Positions 10,282-20,972 are shown, counted from the first letter of the stretch. The stretch: DNA of 64,000 nucleotides from Alphaproteobacteria bacterium (GCA_016869675.1 VGDP01000007.1:4286-68285), one strand, 5' to 3'. Notes: generated from the sequence alone by a model not told the origin. Program-made: numbers and translations.

Positions 10282-10943
10282 TTGAGGAACTTGCCGCTGT
10301 CGGCGGGCCGCGCGGCGGTGATGACCGCGCGCATGCCGGCGACGCTGACCTTGGGCGTGATCGGCGCGCCGCGCCCGCCCATGTCGGTCTGCACCCAGCC
10401 CGGGTGGAACGCGATCACGGTGACCCCGCGCGCCTTGAGATCCAGCGCCAGGCTGACCACCACGGCGTTCAATGCGGCCTTGCTGGCCCGGTAGATGTAA
10501 GCACCGCCCGACCTGTTGTCGGCCATGCTGCCCATCTTGCTGGTGACGCAGGCGATGATCTTGGGACCGCCGCGGACGACGTTGTCGATGAGGGCCTCGG
10601 TGATCATCAGCGGCCCGAGCGCGTTGGCGCGCAGCGTCGCGTCCCATGAACCGTCGTCGACCTTGCCGAACGTCTGGCGGTCGCGCTCGCCGCCGTAGAC
10701 CCCGGCGTTGTTGATCAGGACGTCGATGGCGGTCGATTTCAGCGCCTTGGCCAGCGCCTTGACGCTGGCGCGGTCGGCCACGTCAAGCGCATGGATCATG
10801 ATGGCGCCCTTGATCGCCTTGAGCTCCTTCGCCGCGTCGGGCGACCGGCAGCAGGCGTGCACGGTCCAGCCGTCGGCGGCGTACTGACGCACGAACTCGA
10901 GGCCCAGGCCACGGTTGGCGCCGGTGATGAGCACGGTGGGCAT
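10254..10943 (-). CDS. short-chain dehydrogenase/reductase (SDR)
   Basis: MPTVLITGANRGLGLEF (TGxxxGxG), NNAG, and YRASKAALN catalytic motif. Confidence 0.8.
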   Translation of the reverse strand: MPTVLITGANRGLGLEFVRQYAADGWTVHACCRSPDAAKELKAIKGAIMIHALDVADRASVKALAKALKSTAIDVLINNAGVYGGERDRQTFGKVDDGSWDATLRANALGPLMITEALIDNVVRGGPKIIACVTSKMGSMADNRSGGAYIYRASKAALNAVVVSLALDLKARGVTVIAFHPGWVQTDMGGRGAPITPKVSVAGMRAVITAARPADSGKFLNYNAATIPW

Positions 10944-10965
10944 GGTTTCCTCCGCTGCGGGCGGT

Positions 10966-11793
10966 TCAAGTGGCCAACCTGCGTACCACCCGGCGCAGGC
11001 GCGGGTCGAGCCCGTCGCGCAGGCCGTCACCGACCAGGTTGCAGCCCAGCACGGCGAGGCTGATCGCCAGGCCGGGGTAAAGCGCGAGCCAGGGCTGGCC
11101 GAACAGGTAGGTCTGCGCGTCGTTCAGCATGCGCCCCCAACTCGGCTCGGGCGGCTGGGCGCCGATGCCCAGATAGCTCAGCGCCGCCTCGGCCAGGATC
11201 GCCAGGCCGAACTGCAACGCCCCCTGCACCACCAGGACGCCGGCGATGGTCGGCAGCACGTGATCGCGCGTCACCGCCAGGCGCGACTTGCCGAGCGCCA
11301 CCGCGGCGCGCACATGGTCGCGCCGCCACGCTTGGCGCGCCGCCGAGCGGGTCGTGCGCGCGAACACCGGGACATTGAAGATCGCGATGGCGATCATGGC
11401 GTTGAGCGTGCCCGCGCCGAACAGGCTGGTGATCAGCAGCGCCGAGACCACGGCGGGAAACGCGAACGCCGCGTCGCTGAGCCGCATCAGCGCCTCGTCG
11501 AGCACACCGCCCGCGCCGGCCGCCGCCGCGCCCACCGCGACGCCCACCGCCATGCCGGCGCCCACCGCGATCAGCCCGACCACCACGGCCGTGCGCGCCC
11601 CGGCCAGGATCAGGGTCAGGATGTCGCGGCCGAAATGATCGGTGCCCAGCCAATGCGTCGCCGACGGCCCGGCGAGCCGGCCGGCCACGTCGATCGCGTC
11701 CACGGGATAGGGCGTCCAGACTAGCGACAGCGCCGCCATGGCGACGATCGCGCCGATCAGGCCGAGGCCGAGCGCGAGACCGCCGCGCCTCAT
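10966..11793 (-). CDS. ABC peptide transporter permease (DppC/OppC family)
   Basis: ABC TM permease with the EAA-like region (ALGKSRLAVTRDHVLP). The ATG overlaps the upstream stop (ATGA). Confidence 0.8.
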   Translation of the reverse strand: MRRGGLALGLGLIGAIVAMAALSLVWTPYPVDAIDVAGRLAGPSATHWLGTDHFGRDILTLILAGARTAVVVGLIAVGAGMAVGVAVGAAAAGAGGVLDEALMRLSDAAFAFPAVVSALLITSLFGAGTLNAMIAIAIFNVPVFARTTRSAARQAWRRDHVRAAVALGKSRLAVTRDHVLPTIAGVLVVQGALQFGLAILAEAALSYLGIGAQPPEPSWGRMLNDAQTYLFGQPWLALYPGLAISLAVLGCNLVGDGLRDGLDPRLRRVVRRLAT

Positions 11794-12743
11794 GGCCGGC
11801 CCTCGGCGCGGAGCCGCGGATCGAGGAGGGCGTGCAGCGCGTCGACCGTGAAGGCGATCAGCACCGCGCCGACCACCAGGACCATGATGACGCCGCGCAC
11901 CACCACCAGGTCGCGCTGGGTCACCGCCTGCAACACTAGGCGTCCGAGGCCCGGCAGGGTAAACACGGTCTCCAGCACGATCGCGCCCGCGATCAGGAAC
12001 GTGACCTGCAGGCCGATCAGCGCCAGCACCGGCACCAGCGCGTTGGGCAGGGCGTGGCGCCACAGCAGGCGCGCGCGACCCATGCCCTTGGCCAGCGCCA
12101 TGCGCGTGTAGTCCTCGTTGAGGGTCTCGAGCATGGCGGCGCGCGTGATGCGCGCGAGCACGGCGCCCTGGGCCAGCGCCAGCGCGAACGCCGGCAGCAC
12201 GAGGGCGGCGAGCGCGCCGGCCGGGTCCTCGCGCCAGCCGGGGAAGCCGCCGGCCGGCAGCCAGCCCAGCCCGACGCCGAAGGCCAGGATCAGCAGGATG
12301 CCGAGCCAGAAGCCCGGCACGGCCAAGCCTATCTGGCTGACCGCCAGGATGGCCAGGTCGGCCGCGCGCCCGCGCCGGGCCGCCGCCGCGACCCCGGCCG
12401 GCACGCCCAGCGCCACCGTGAGCGCGAGCGCGAGCAGCGCAAGCGGCGCCGTGACCGCCAGGCGGTCGAGCACCAGCGAACCCACTGGCATGCCGTAGGT
12501 GTGGCTGACGCCCAGGTCGCCGCGCGCCAGATCGCCGAGCCAGCCGAGCAGCCGGACGTGGGCCGGGCGGTCGAGGCCGAGATCGTGACGCAGCGCCGCC
12601 AGGGCGTCATCCGTCGCGCCGATGCCCAGCATGACGCGCGCCGGGTCGCCCGGCAGCAGGTCGAGCACCGCGAACACCGCCAGCGCCGCCAGCACGAACG
12701 TCACCGCCAGGGCGAACACCCGGCCGGCCAGGTAGCGCGTCAT
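11790..12743 (-). CDS. ABC peptide transporter permease (DppB/OppB family)
   Basis: MTRYLAGRVFALAVTFVL start, BPD_transp_1 core with MALAKGMGRARLLWRHALPNAL. ATGA overlap with the upstream gene. Confidence 0.8.
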   Translation of the reverse strand: MTRYLAGRVFALAVTFVLAALAVFAVLDLLPGDPARVMLGIGATDDALAALRHDLGLDRPAHVRLLGWLGDLARGDLGVSHTYGMPVGSLVLDRLAVTAPLALLALALTVALGVPAGVAAAARRGRAADLAILAVSQIGLAVPGFWLGILLILAFGVGLGWLPAGGFPGWREDPAGALAALVLPAFALALAQGAVLARITRAAMLETLNEDYTRMALAKGMGRARLLWRHALPNALVPVLALIGLQVTFLIAGAIVLETVFTLPGLGRLVLQAVTQRDLVVVRGVIMVLVVGAVLIAFTVDALHALLDPRLRAEGRP

Positions 12744-13729
12744 GGGAAGCGCGTGCGCCAGCTCACCATGTCGCCCAGATCCTCGGCCAGGACGATCGCT
12801 CGGCCGACGGCGCGCGCCAGGCAATCGGCCGCCATGGCACCCGCGCGCCCGATCGCCTCGGGTCCGCGCGCGGCCGCCCAGGCGCCGGTCGCCAACGCGA
12901 ACACGGTATCGCCGTCCCACGGCGTGTGCGCCGGGCGGATGGCGCGCGCGATGCCGTCCTGGGCCATCATGGCGACACGGCGCGCCCCCGCCGCGTCGAG
13001 CTCGGCGTTGGTGGCGACGACCGCGATCGTCGTGGCGCCGCCGGCCAGCGGCCGCCGGCCGAGCGGCGCATGAGCTGCCACCGGCGCGAGTGGCGGCCGC
13101 TGGTGACCCATCTCGCCGTCCAGTTCGAAGGGCCAGGCCCACAGCGTCGGTCCGTCGCCCATCACCGGCGAGCCGACGGGGTTGGCCGCGACCAGGGCGC
13201 CGACCGCGAGGCCGTCGGCGTCGAGAACGGAAGCGCTGCCGAGTCCGCCCTTAAACGCGCCGGCGCGCGCGCCCAAGCCGGCGCCGGCGTTGCCCAGGGC
13301 GAAGTCCTTGGCCGCGGCGGCGCACGCCGCGCGCCCGAGCGCGCGGTAGGGCGGCTCGGCGCCCCAGTCCTTGACGCCGCCGTTGTTCAGGTCGAACAGG
13401 ACCGCCGCCGGCACGATGGGAACCCGCGCCGGCCCCACGGCGAAACCGCGGCCCTGCCCGGCCAGCCAGTGCATCGCGCCCGAGGCCGCGTCGAGCCCGA
13501 AGGCCGAGCCACCGCACAGCACCACGGCGTCGACCGTATCGACTAGGTTGGTCGGGTCGAGCAGGTCGGTCTCGCGCGTGCCCGGCGCGCCGCCGCGCAC
13601 ATCGACGCCGGCCACGCACGGCCGCTCGCACAGCACCACGGTCGTGCCGCTGCGCGCCGCGCGATCCTCGGCGTTGCCGACCAGGATGTGGCCGACGTCG
13701 GTGATCAGGTTGCGCGCACCCGGGCTCAC
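12740..13729 (-). CDS. S58 (DmpA/P1) family aminopeptidase
   Basis: GHILVGNAEDR...GTTVVL...VDVRGGAPGTRETDLL...AVVLCGGSAFGLDAASG, typical of DmpA / L-aminopeptidase D-Ala-esterase. GTG start overlaps the upstream stop (GTGA). Confidence 0.75.
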   Translation of the reverse strand: MSPGARNLITDVGHILVGNAEDRAARSGTTVVLCERPCVAGVDVRGGAPGTRETDLLDPTNLVDTVDAVVLCGGSAFGLDAASGAMHWLAGQGRGFAVGPARVPIVPAAVLFDLNNGGVKDWGAEPPYRALGRAACAAAAKDFALGNAGAGLGARAGAFKGGLGSASVLDADGLAVGALVAANPVGSPVMGDGPTLWAWPFELDGEMGHQRPPLAPVAAHAPLGRRPLAGGATTIAVVATNAELDAAGARRVAMMAQDGIARAIRPAHTPWDGDTVFALATGAWAAARGPEAIGRAGAMAADCLARAVGRAIVLAEDLGDMVSWRTRFP

Positions 13730-14220
13730 GGTGAGCCGCCGCGATCCGGCCGATCCGGTGATCGCCGCTGACGCCGGGCGGCGGCGAACTCGTCGTGCAG
13801 GTTCCACAGCTCGGAGATGGCGATATAGGTGTACGACGCCGACCAGCCGATCATCAGGAAGCTGTTGACCGCCTCGACGCCGGCGACCAAGTGCAGCCCG
13901 CCGTGCGGCACGACATCGCCGAAACCGAGCGTCGAGAAGGTGACGATCGAGAAGTAGACGTAGTCGGCGATGCCCGCCATGGGCACGCCGCCGAAACCGC
14001 CGATGTCGATCCAGTGGTCGAGGCCGTAGTACCCGACGCCGTAGACCCAGACCTCGACCGTGTGCGCCGCGAACACCGCCATCAGCACAGCGATCAGGCG
14101 CTGGCGCGGCGCCAGCATGGTCAGGCGCGGCAGCGCGCGCGAGATCAGCCGCAACGCCTCGTAGTGGATCGTCACGATGACCAGCACCAGGATCGTCGCG
14201 ACAGCCATGGCCGGCAGCAT
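13726..14220 (-). CDS. small two-TM potassium channel (KcsA-like)
   Basis: Two hydrophobic helices flank the pore signature YFSIVTFSTLGFGDVVP (selectivity-filter-like TLGFGD). About 164 aa. Confidence 0.65.
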   Translation of the reverse strand: MLPAMAVATILVLVIVTIHYEALRLISRALPRLTMLAPRQRLIAVLMAVFAAHTVEVWVYGVGYYGLDHWIDIGGFGGVPMAGIADYVYFSIVTFSTLGFGDVVPHGGLHLVAGVEAVNSFLMIGWSASYTYIAISELWNLHDEFAAARRQRRSPDRPDRGGSP

Positions 14221-14329
14221 GTCGTCCCCGCGTGCCGTGAGCCTTACGAGGATAGCGGCAGGCGCGGCGAACGCGCCATGGTTCACGCGCGCCCGGACGG
14301 GTAAGGTCGGGTCGACAAAGGGTGAACCC

Positions 14330-16041
14330 ATGACGTGGAAAACGACCTGCCGGATCCTGGGCTTCGTGCTCTTCACCGCGCTGCTCGGCGCCGGTGGCGC
14401 GACGGCGCGCGAGCCGGTGCGCGCCGAGCGCTACATGGTGGTCGCCGCCGACCCGCGCGCCGTCGAGGCGGGATTGGCGGTCCTGCGCGAGGGCGGCAGC
14501 GCGGTCGACGCGGCGATCGCGGCGCAACTGGTGCTGAGCGTCGTCGAGCCGCAATCCTCGGGCCTCGGCGGCGGCTTCCTCGTGCACTACGACGCGGCGA
14601 GCCGGACGGTCACCACCTACGACAGGCGGAAACCCCGCGCCGCGGCGGCCACGCCTGACCTATTCCTGAACGCCGACGGCACGGCCATGGACTTCATGAA
14701 CGCGGTGGTGAGCGGCCGTTCGGTCGGCGTGCCGGGCCTGATCGACATGCTGGACCTTGCGCACCAGACTTCGGCTGGCTGGAGTGGGACCGCCTGTTCG
14801 AGCCGGCGATCAAACTGGCGTTCACCGGCTTCGCGGTGTCGCCGCGCCTGGCTCAATCCATCGCCGAGAACGAGCGCATGGATGCCCACCGGGCTACCGC
14901 CGCGCTGTTCCTGACCGCCGAGGGCCAGCCGGTGCCGGCCGGCACGGCCCTGACCATGACGCGGCTCGGCGAGACGCTCGACGCCATCGCACAATCCGGC
15001 GCCCGCACTTTCTACGATGGGTTGAAAATCCCGTTCGACTTCATCAAGGAGGTGCAGCGCTTCGAGCCGAACCCCGGTTCGTTCACCTTCGACGACATGA
15101 CCGCGTACCACGCCCAGCGGCGGGATGCGGTGTGCGGCCCCTATCGTGTCTGGGTCGTGTGCGGCATGGGACCGCCGTCATCGGGCGGCATCGCCGTGCT
15201 GCAGATCCTGGGCCTGCTCGAACGCTTCAACATGGCGGCTCTGGCGCCCGGATCGGCCGAGGCGGCACACCTGATCGCCGAGGCGAGCCGGCTCGCCTTC
15301 GCCGACTGCAACGCCTTCGTCGCCAACCCCGGCTTCGTCGCGGTTCCCGTCGAGGGCCTGATCGACCGCGGTTATCTCGCGGAACGGTCGGCGCCAATCA
15401 CGCCGGAGCACAGCCTGGGCATCGCCCAGCCGGGCGATCCGCCGCACCGCGAAGGGCGCCTTTGGGCGCCGGACGACGGCGACGGGCGTGCCTCCACCAC
15501 CCATATCAGCGTCATCGACGGCAACGGCAACGCGGTAGGCCTGACCAGCAGCATCGAAGGTCCGTTTGGTTCGCGCCTCATAGCGGGCGGCTTCCTGCTG
15601 AACAACGAGCTGACGGACTTCGCCTTCGAGCCGGTCGTCGAGGGCGCGCCCGTCGCTAACCGGGTCGAGCGGGGCAAGCGGCCGCGTTCGTCCATGGCGC
15701 CGATGATCGTGCTGGACCACGAGGGCCGGCTGGTCGCGGTGGTCGGTTCGCCCGGCGGCTCGCGCATCATCGGTTACGTCGCGCAGGCGCTGGTGGCCAT
15801 GCTCGACTGGGGCCTCAATCCGCAGGCCGCCGTCGGCCTGCCTCATTTGCTGAACCGCAACGGCGCGACCGAGCTGGAGGCCGGCACCGCGGCCGAGGCC
15901 CTGGCCGAGGCGCTGGCCGCGCTGGGCCAGGAGACCGCGGCCAAGGACATGGCCAGCGGCCTCAACGTCATCCTGGTCACGCCCGACGGCTTGTTGGGCG
16001 GCGCCGACCCGCGCCGCGAAGGCATCGCGGCCGGCGACTGA
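14330..16041 (+). pseudogene. ggt: gamma-glutamyltranspeptidase, frameshifted near 14766
   Basis: N-terminus with signal peptide and the SSGLGGGGF-like motif is in frame 1 (ORF 14177..14914). The remainder (FEPAIKLAFTGFAVSPRLAQS...TTHISVIDGNGNAVGLTSSIEGPFGS...) is in another frame (ORF 14836..16041). A 1-nt shift sits between LDLAHQ and FGWLEWDRLFEP. Confidence 0.75.
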
Positions 16042-16050
16042 CCGGACCGA

Positions 16051-16542
16051 TCAAGCCTGCTTCATGTGCGTGACGAGCTGATCGAGCGCCTTGCCCCAAC
16101 CGTCGTGGAAGCCCATGGCCTCGTGGTGCCGCCGGCCCTCTTCCTCGCCCTGCATGGCGAGCGCCGTGTACTTGGCGCCGCCGCCGTGCGGTTCGACCGC
16201 CACCACCGCCGTGAAGGTGAAGCCGCGCGCCCGACGTTGGGCCGGCCGGTAGCCGGGCAGCAGTGCATCGGTCCACACCAGGCGGCGGCCCTCGACGATC
16301 TCGAGGTAGCAGCCGACGTTCGGAAAGTTATTGCCCTGGGGCGAGCGCATGACCGTGCGGAACGCGCCGCCGGGCCGCAGATTGATCTGGCAGTCGACGG
16401 TCGTCCACGGCGCCGGCGTAAACCATTTCACGACGCGGCTCGGCTCGGTCCACGCGGCCCACACGCGCGCGGGCGACACATCGACCACGCGCTCGAGCAC
16501 CAGGTCGAGACGCGGATCGGAAGCGTACGTCAAGTGCATCAT
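16051..16542 (-). CDS. SRPBCC / Aha1-domain protein
   Basis: [43 protein letters not shown] (AHSA1 domain). ATGA overlap with the upstream ArsR gene. Confidence 0.7.
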   Translation of the reverse strand: MMHLTYASDPRLDLVLERVVDVSPARVWAAWTEPSRVVKWFTPAPWTTVDCQINLRPGGAFRTVMRSPQGNNFPNVGCYLEIVEGRRLVWTDALLPGYRPAQRRARGFTFTAVVAVEPHGGGAKYTALAMQGEEEGRRHHEAMGFHDGWGKALDQLVTHMKQA

Positions 16543-16877
16543 GGTTCGTCCTCCTGCATAACCTCGAGGTAGGCGTCGAGCTGATCGAGGCGCGCCGTCC
16601 AAAGGGCGCGACGCTCGGCCATCCAGCGCTCCGCGGACTTCATGGGCTTCGGCACGATCCAGTAGGTGCGCACGCGGCCCTTCTTGCGCGATCGCACAAG
16701 TCCGCAGTCCTCCAGGATGCCCAGGTGCTGGACGAAGGACGGCAAGGCCATGGCGAACGGGCGCGCGAGCTCGCTGACCGCCGCCGGCCCGCGGCACAGG
16801 CGGCTGACCACGGCGCGGCGGGTGGGATCACCCAACGCGTGGAAGACCAGGTCGAGCGGCGCTTTTTTATTAGGCAT
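16539..16877 (-). CDS. ArsR/SmtB family transcriptional regulator
   Basis: [61 protein letters not shown], an HTH_20 winged-helix domain. Commonly paired with an Aha1-domain protein. Confidence 0.75.
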   Translation of the reverse strand: MPNKKAPLDLVFHALGDPTRRAVVSRLCRGPAAVSELARPFAMALPSFVQHLGILEDCGLVRSRKKGRVRTYWIVPKPMKSAERWMAERRALWTARLDQLDAYLEVMQEDEP

Positions 16878-17009
16878 CGGCCTAAGTATGTAGTGACCCA
16901 GCGGCCCGGTCAACATCGGGCGGGTGCGAGCAGCGGGCGCCGGAAACAGGTTTATCTTATCCACTGTTCCGGGTAGGCAGACGCGCACGCCATCGGAAAT
17001 CACCCCGTC

Positions 17010-18203
17010 ATGACCGAAGCCGCCGACCGCCCGACGATCCGCCTGCTGGCGGGCCACGCCAAGCGCCTGCGCGCCGGCCATCCCTGGATCTTCTCCAACG
17101 AGATCGCCATGGACGCGGCGGCCAAGGCGTTGGAGCCCGGCACGTTGGCGCGCGTCATCGACGCGGGCGGCGAGGCCCTGGTGTGCGCCACGTTCAACCC
17201 CCATTCCCTGATCGCCGCGCGGGTGGTCGACCGCGACCCAGAGGCGCCGTTCGACGCGGGCGCCATCGCCCGACGCCTGACGCGGGCGCGCGACCTGCGC
17301 GACCGCCTGATCGGCGCCCCCTTCTATCGGCTGATCCACGCCGAGGCGGACCGCTTGCCCGGTCTGGTCGTCGATCGCTTCGGCGACGTGCTCGTGGTCC
17401 AGGCCAACACGGCCGGCGCCGAACGTCTGCTGCCGGTGATCGCCGAGGCCCTGGACGCCACGTTGAAGCCGCGCGGTATCGTCTACCGCTGCGACAGCGC
17501 GGTGCGGCGCCTGGAGGGCCTGGACGGCTATGTGCGCACGTCGGGCGCCACGCCGGATGCGCCCGTGGCGGTGCCCGAGGGCGGCGTGACGTTCCGCGCC
17601 GATCTGATCGCCGGGCAGAAGACCGGCTGGTACTTCGACCAGCGCGACAACCGGGCGTTCGTCGCCGCGCTGGCGTCCGGCGCGCGCGTGCTCGATCTCT
17701 ATTGCCATGGCGGCGGCTTCGGCCTGCGCGCGCTGGCCGCCGGCGCGGCGGCCGCGACCCTGGTCGACACCTCGCAGCCGGCGCTCGACCTGGCGCGCGC
17801 CGCGGCCGAGGCGAGCGGCCTGACGACCGCGAGCTTCGCGCGCGCCGACGTGTTCGCCTATCTGGAATCGCGCGGCGCAGCGCGCGAGGTATGGGACGTG
17901 GTGATCACCGATCCGCCGTCGTTCGTGAAGTCGCGCAAGGACCTAGGGGCCGGCCTGCGCGGCTACCGCAAGCTGGCGCGGCTGGCGGCGGCGGTCGTCG
18001 CGCCCGGCGGCATCCTGGCGATCGCCTCGTGCTCGCACAACGTAGACGCGCCGACCTTCGACGAGCAGGTGCGGCGGGGCCTGGGCGACGCCGGACGCGA
18101 GGCGCGCATCCTGCGCGCGTCCGGCGCGGCGCCCGACCACCCGCTGCACCCGGCCCTGCCTGAATCCGCCTATCTGAAGTGCCTGGTGCTCCAAGTGGAC
18201 TGA
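17010..18203 (+). CDS. rlmI: 23S rRNA (cytosine1962-C5)-methyltransferase
   Basis: PUA-like N-terminus plus SAM-MTase (VLDLYCHGGGFGL...DPPSF). 397 aa. Confidence 0.8.
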   Translation: MTEAADRPTIRLLAGHAKRLRAGHPWIFSNEIAMDAAAKALEPGTLARVIDAGGEALVCATFNPHSLIAARVVDRDPEAPFDAGAIARRLTRARDLRDRLIGAPFYRLIHAEADRLPGLVVDRFGDVLVVQANTAGAERLLPVIAEALDATLKPRGIVYRCDSAVRRLEGLDGYVRTSGATPDAPVAVPEGGVTFRADLIAGQKTGWYFDQRDNRAFVAALASGARVLDLYCHGGGFGLRALAAGAAAATLVDTSQPALDLARAAAEASGLTTASFARADVFAYLESRGAAREVWDVVITDPPSFVKSRKDLGAGLRGYRKLARLAAAVVAPGGILAIASCSHNVDAPTFDEQVRRGLGDAGREARILRASGAAPDHPLHPALPESAYLKCLVLQVD

Positions 18204-18235
18204 GTGGCACGCTGCATATCCAGAGGGCGACAACC

Positions 18236-18697
18236 ATGACCACGACACTGACCGACCGCTTCGACCGCGCACTGCTGTACGCGACCCACGTCCACGGCGG
18301 CCAGACGCGCAAGGGCACCGGCACGCCCTACGTCGCACACCTGCTCGCGGTCGCCGCGACGGTGCTGGAGTATGGCGGCGACGAGGACCTGGCGATCGCC
18401 GCGCTGCTGCACGACAGCGCCAAGGACCAGGGCGGCAAGGCGCGCCTGGACGACGTGCGCAACCGCTTCGGCCACCGCGTGGCCCACATGGTCGAGGCCT
18501 GCTCGGACGGCCTCGCCAACACCTCGGCCGGGGAGCGCAAGGCGGACTGGCGCCAGCGCAAGGAGCGCTACATCGCCCACCTGCGCGAGGCGACGCTCTG
18601 GTACTACCGCGGCCTCGCCGACGTGTTCCGCGCCCATCTGCCGGGCCAGCTCGCCGACGAGCTGGCCGAGATCGTCGAGATCCTCGAGGCGAGCTGA
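18236..18697 (+). CDS. HD domain protein (RelA/SpoT-type HD hydrolase fold)
   Basis: LLYATHVHGGQTRKGTGTPYVAHLLAVAATV...LLHDSAKD. Confidence 0.65.
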   Translation: MTTTLTDRFDRALLYATHVHGGQTRKGTGTPYVAHLLAVAATVLEYGGDEDLAIAALLHDSAKDQGGKARLDDVRNRFGHRVAHMVEACSDGLANTSAGERKADWRQRKERYIAHLREATLWYYRGLADVFRAHLPGQLADELAEIVEILEAS

Positions 18698-18709
18698 GGC
18701 GAGCCGGCC

Positions 18710-20113
18710 CTACGCCGTACCCGCGTAGGGCTGGGGCAGGGTGAACGCGAAGGTCGTCCCCTCGGCCCCCGTGGCGATGAGCACCAGATCGCCACCGTGG
18801 GCGTTGACCAGCTCGCGCGCGATGGCGAGCCCGAGCCCCGTGCCACCCGGCCGGGCGCCGCCGGCGAACGCCTCGAACAGGTGCTCGCGCGCCTTGGCCG
18901 GCAGACCGGGACCGTTGTCGCGCACCGTCACGCGCGTGACGTGATCGGCGCCCGTCGCCGCCACGGCAAGGCGGCCGCCGCCGTTCATGGCGTCGACCGC
19001 GTTGCGCCCGAGGTTCAGCAGCACGCGGAAGATCTGATCGCGGTCGTCGCGGACCTACTGGGTCTCGGGCACGTCGTTGTCGAACTGGAACGCCGGCGTG
19101 TCGCCCGCCGCCAGCGCCTCGCCCACGTCGGCGACCAGGGCGCGCAAGGGGAACCGGGACAGGCGCAGCTCGGGCTCGTCGGCGCGGGCGAAGCGCAGCG
19201 CGTCCTCGCACAGGAGAACCGCGCGGTCGATCGCCGCTTCCAGGATCCCGGCCTGGCGCTTGATCTCGGGATCGCCGCTCAGGGTCAGGCAGTCGGAGAC
19301 AAGCGCCGCCGTGGCCAGGATGTTCTTCAGGTCGTGGCTGATCTTGCCGACGGCGGCGCCCGTCGCGGCCAGCCGGGCGCATTGACGCAGCGCGCCGCGC
19401 AGGGCGATCTGCATGTCCTGTACCGTGCGCTGCGCTTGGCCGATTTCGTCGCTGCGCGCGCTGGGCACCACGGCGCGCGAGGCGTCCTCGGGCGCGCGGC
19501 GGAACCCGGCGATGTCGTCGATCAGGCGGCGCAACGGGCGCACCAGCAACCAGCGCAGCGCCAGGAATACGAGCGACGCCGCGACCAGCGAGATGACGAT
19601 CGACAGCAGGAGGATGCGCCACGAGTAGTCGAGCATGGCGTCCAGCAACGGCGGCTCGTCGAGCGTGACCTCGACGCCGATCGTGGGGTCCGCCGGCGAG
19701 GTGCCGACGACCGACAGACGGCGATCGCCCTCGGCCAGGGTGGTGAAGGCCATGCGGATCAGCCACCAGGGAGAGGCGCCGTCGAGCGCGATCGTCGCGT
19801 CGACCGGCGTGGGCTGGCCGAGCATCAGGTAGGAGGCGTTGCGCATCTTGAGCGCGATCGAACGGACCTTGGCATGGCGCAGCAGCTCGGTCGCCAGGCT
19901 GGGCGGCACCCGCCCCGTGGGCGTGGCCAGCACGGCCAGCGACGCTTGGTGCGCCGCCGCCAGGCGTTCCTGCAGGTAGTTCTGCCAATAGCGCGAGATC
20001 GACGGTACGTAGATCAGCACCTCGCCAATCATGACGAACAGGACGGTCAGCACCAGCAGGCGCGAGGACAGGCTTCGGAGGGGCTGGGCCAGGCTGAACG
20101 ACGGTGCCGGCAT
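18710..20113 (-). pseudogene. orphan sensor histidine kinase interrupted by an in-frame TAG
   Basis: N-terminal TM/sensor and HisKA (ISHDLKNILA) lie in ORF 19055..20113. The HATPase_c part (LLNLGRNAVDA...DNGPGLP...GTGLGLAIA) lies in ORF 18710..19024. They share a frame and are separated only by TAG (rc of 19055-19057), giving ...VPETQ*VRDDRDQIFRVLLNL. Confidence 0.7.
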
Positions 20114-20233
20114 GGCGTTCCAGTGGCGTCGCGCGGGCGTCCCGGCGCCGGTTGACTCGCCGCGGGCGACGGCCTATACACCGGGCCTTCGCGGCGGCCC
20201 CAGGGGCCGCCCCCCTGTTGTCGAGCCGAGCCC

Positions 20234-20368
20234 GTGAAACGCACATATCAGCCGAGCCGCCTGATCCGCAAGCGCCGTCACGGCTTTCGCGCCCGCAGGA
20301 AGACCGTCGGCGGCCGTATCGTCTTGGCCCGCCGCCGTGCCAAGGGTCGCAAGCGGCTCTCCGCCTGA
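20234..20368 (+). CDS. rpmH: 50S ribosomal protein L34
   Basis: [44 protein letters not shown], 44 aa, GTG start. Confidence 0.9.
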   Translation: MKRTYQPSRLIRKRRHGFRARRKTVGGRIVLARRRAKGRKRLSA

Positions 20369-20723
20369 GCGTGGCGCCGGACCCCAGCGCCTGCGACACC
20401 GGGGCGATTTCGTCCGGCTGTCCGGGAGCCGTGTCAAGGTGGTGACCGAGGCTTTCATCCTGCAGGCCCGCCCGAGCGAGGCCGCCAGTTCGGCGGTCCG
20501 CGTCGGCTTCACGGCCAGCCGCAAGGTGGGCGGCGCCGTGGTGCGCAACCGCGCGCGCCGGCGCCTGAAGGCGCTCGCAGCACGGGTGCTGGCGGCCCGC
20601 GCACGGCCCGGCTGGGACTATGTCCTGGTCGCGCGCGGCGCCGCCGTGTCGCGCCCCTGGTCCACGATGGTCAGCGACCTGGAGGCCGCGTTCGACCGGC
20701 TCGATCGCACGGCCGTGCCATGA
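20337..20723 (+). CDS. rnpA: ribonuclease P protein component
   Basis: [12 protein letters not shown]...[23 protein letters not shown] matches RnpA. There is no canonical start downstream of the rpmH stop; the listed GTG lies inside rpmH, so the true start is uncertain. Confidence 0.65.
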   Translation: MPRVASGSPPERGAGPQRLRHRGDFVRLSGSRVKVVTEAFILQARPSEAASSAVRVGFTASRKVGGAVVRNRARRRLKALAARVLAARARPGWDYVLVARGAAVSRPWSTMVSDLEAAFDRLDRTAVP

Positions 20724-20962
20724 GCCCGGCCGCCCACGGTCTCGCCCTGCTCGTGCGGGCCTATCGCCTGGGCATCGCGCCGGTGCTGGCCGGCCGCTGC
20801 CGCTACCTGCCGACCTGCTCGGTCTACGCGCTGGAGGCGCTGGAGCGCCACGGCGCGCTGCGCGGCGGGTTGTTGGCGGCGCGCCGTCTGCTGCGTTGCC
20901 ATCCGCTGGGGGGTCACGGCTACGACCCCGTGCCGGGCGCCGCGCCCGGTCCGCGCGTCTGA
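20720..20962 (+). CDS. yidD: membrane protein insertion efficiency factor
   Basis: [15 protein letters not shown]...[15 protein letters not shown]. Confidence 0.85.
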   Translation: MSPAAHGLALLVRAYRLGIAPVLAGRCRYLPTCSVYALEALERHGALRGGLLAARRLLRCHPLGGHGYDPVPGAAPGPRV

Positions 20963-20972
20963 GCTCCGCGCC

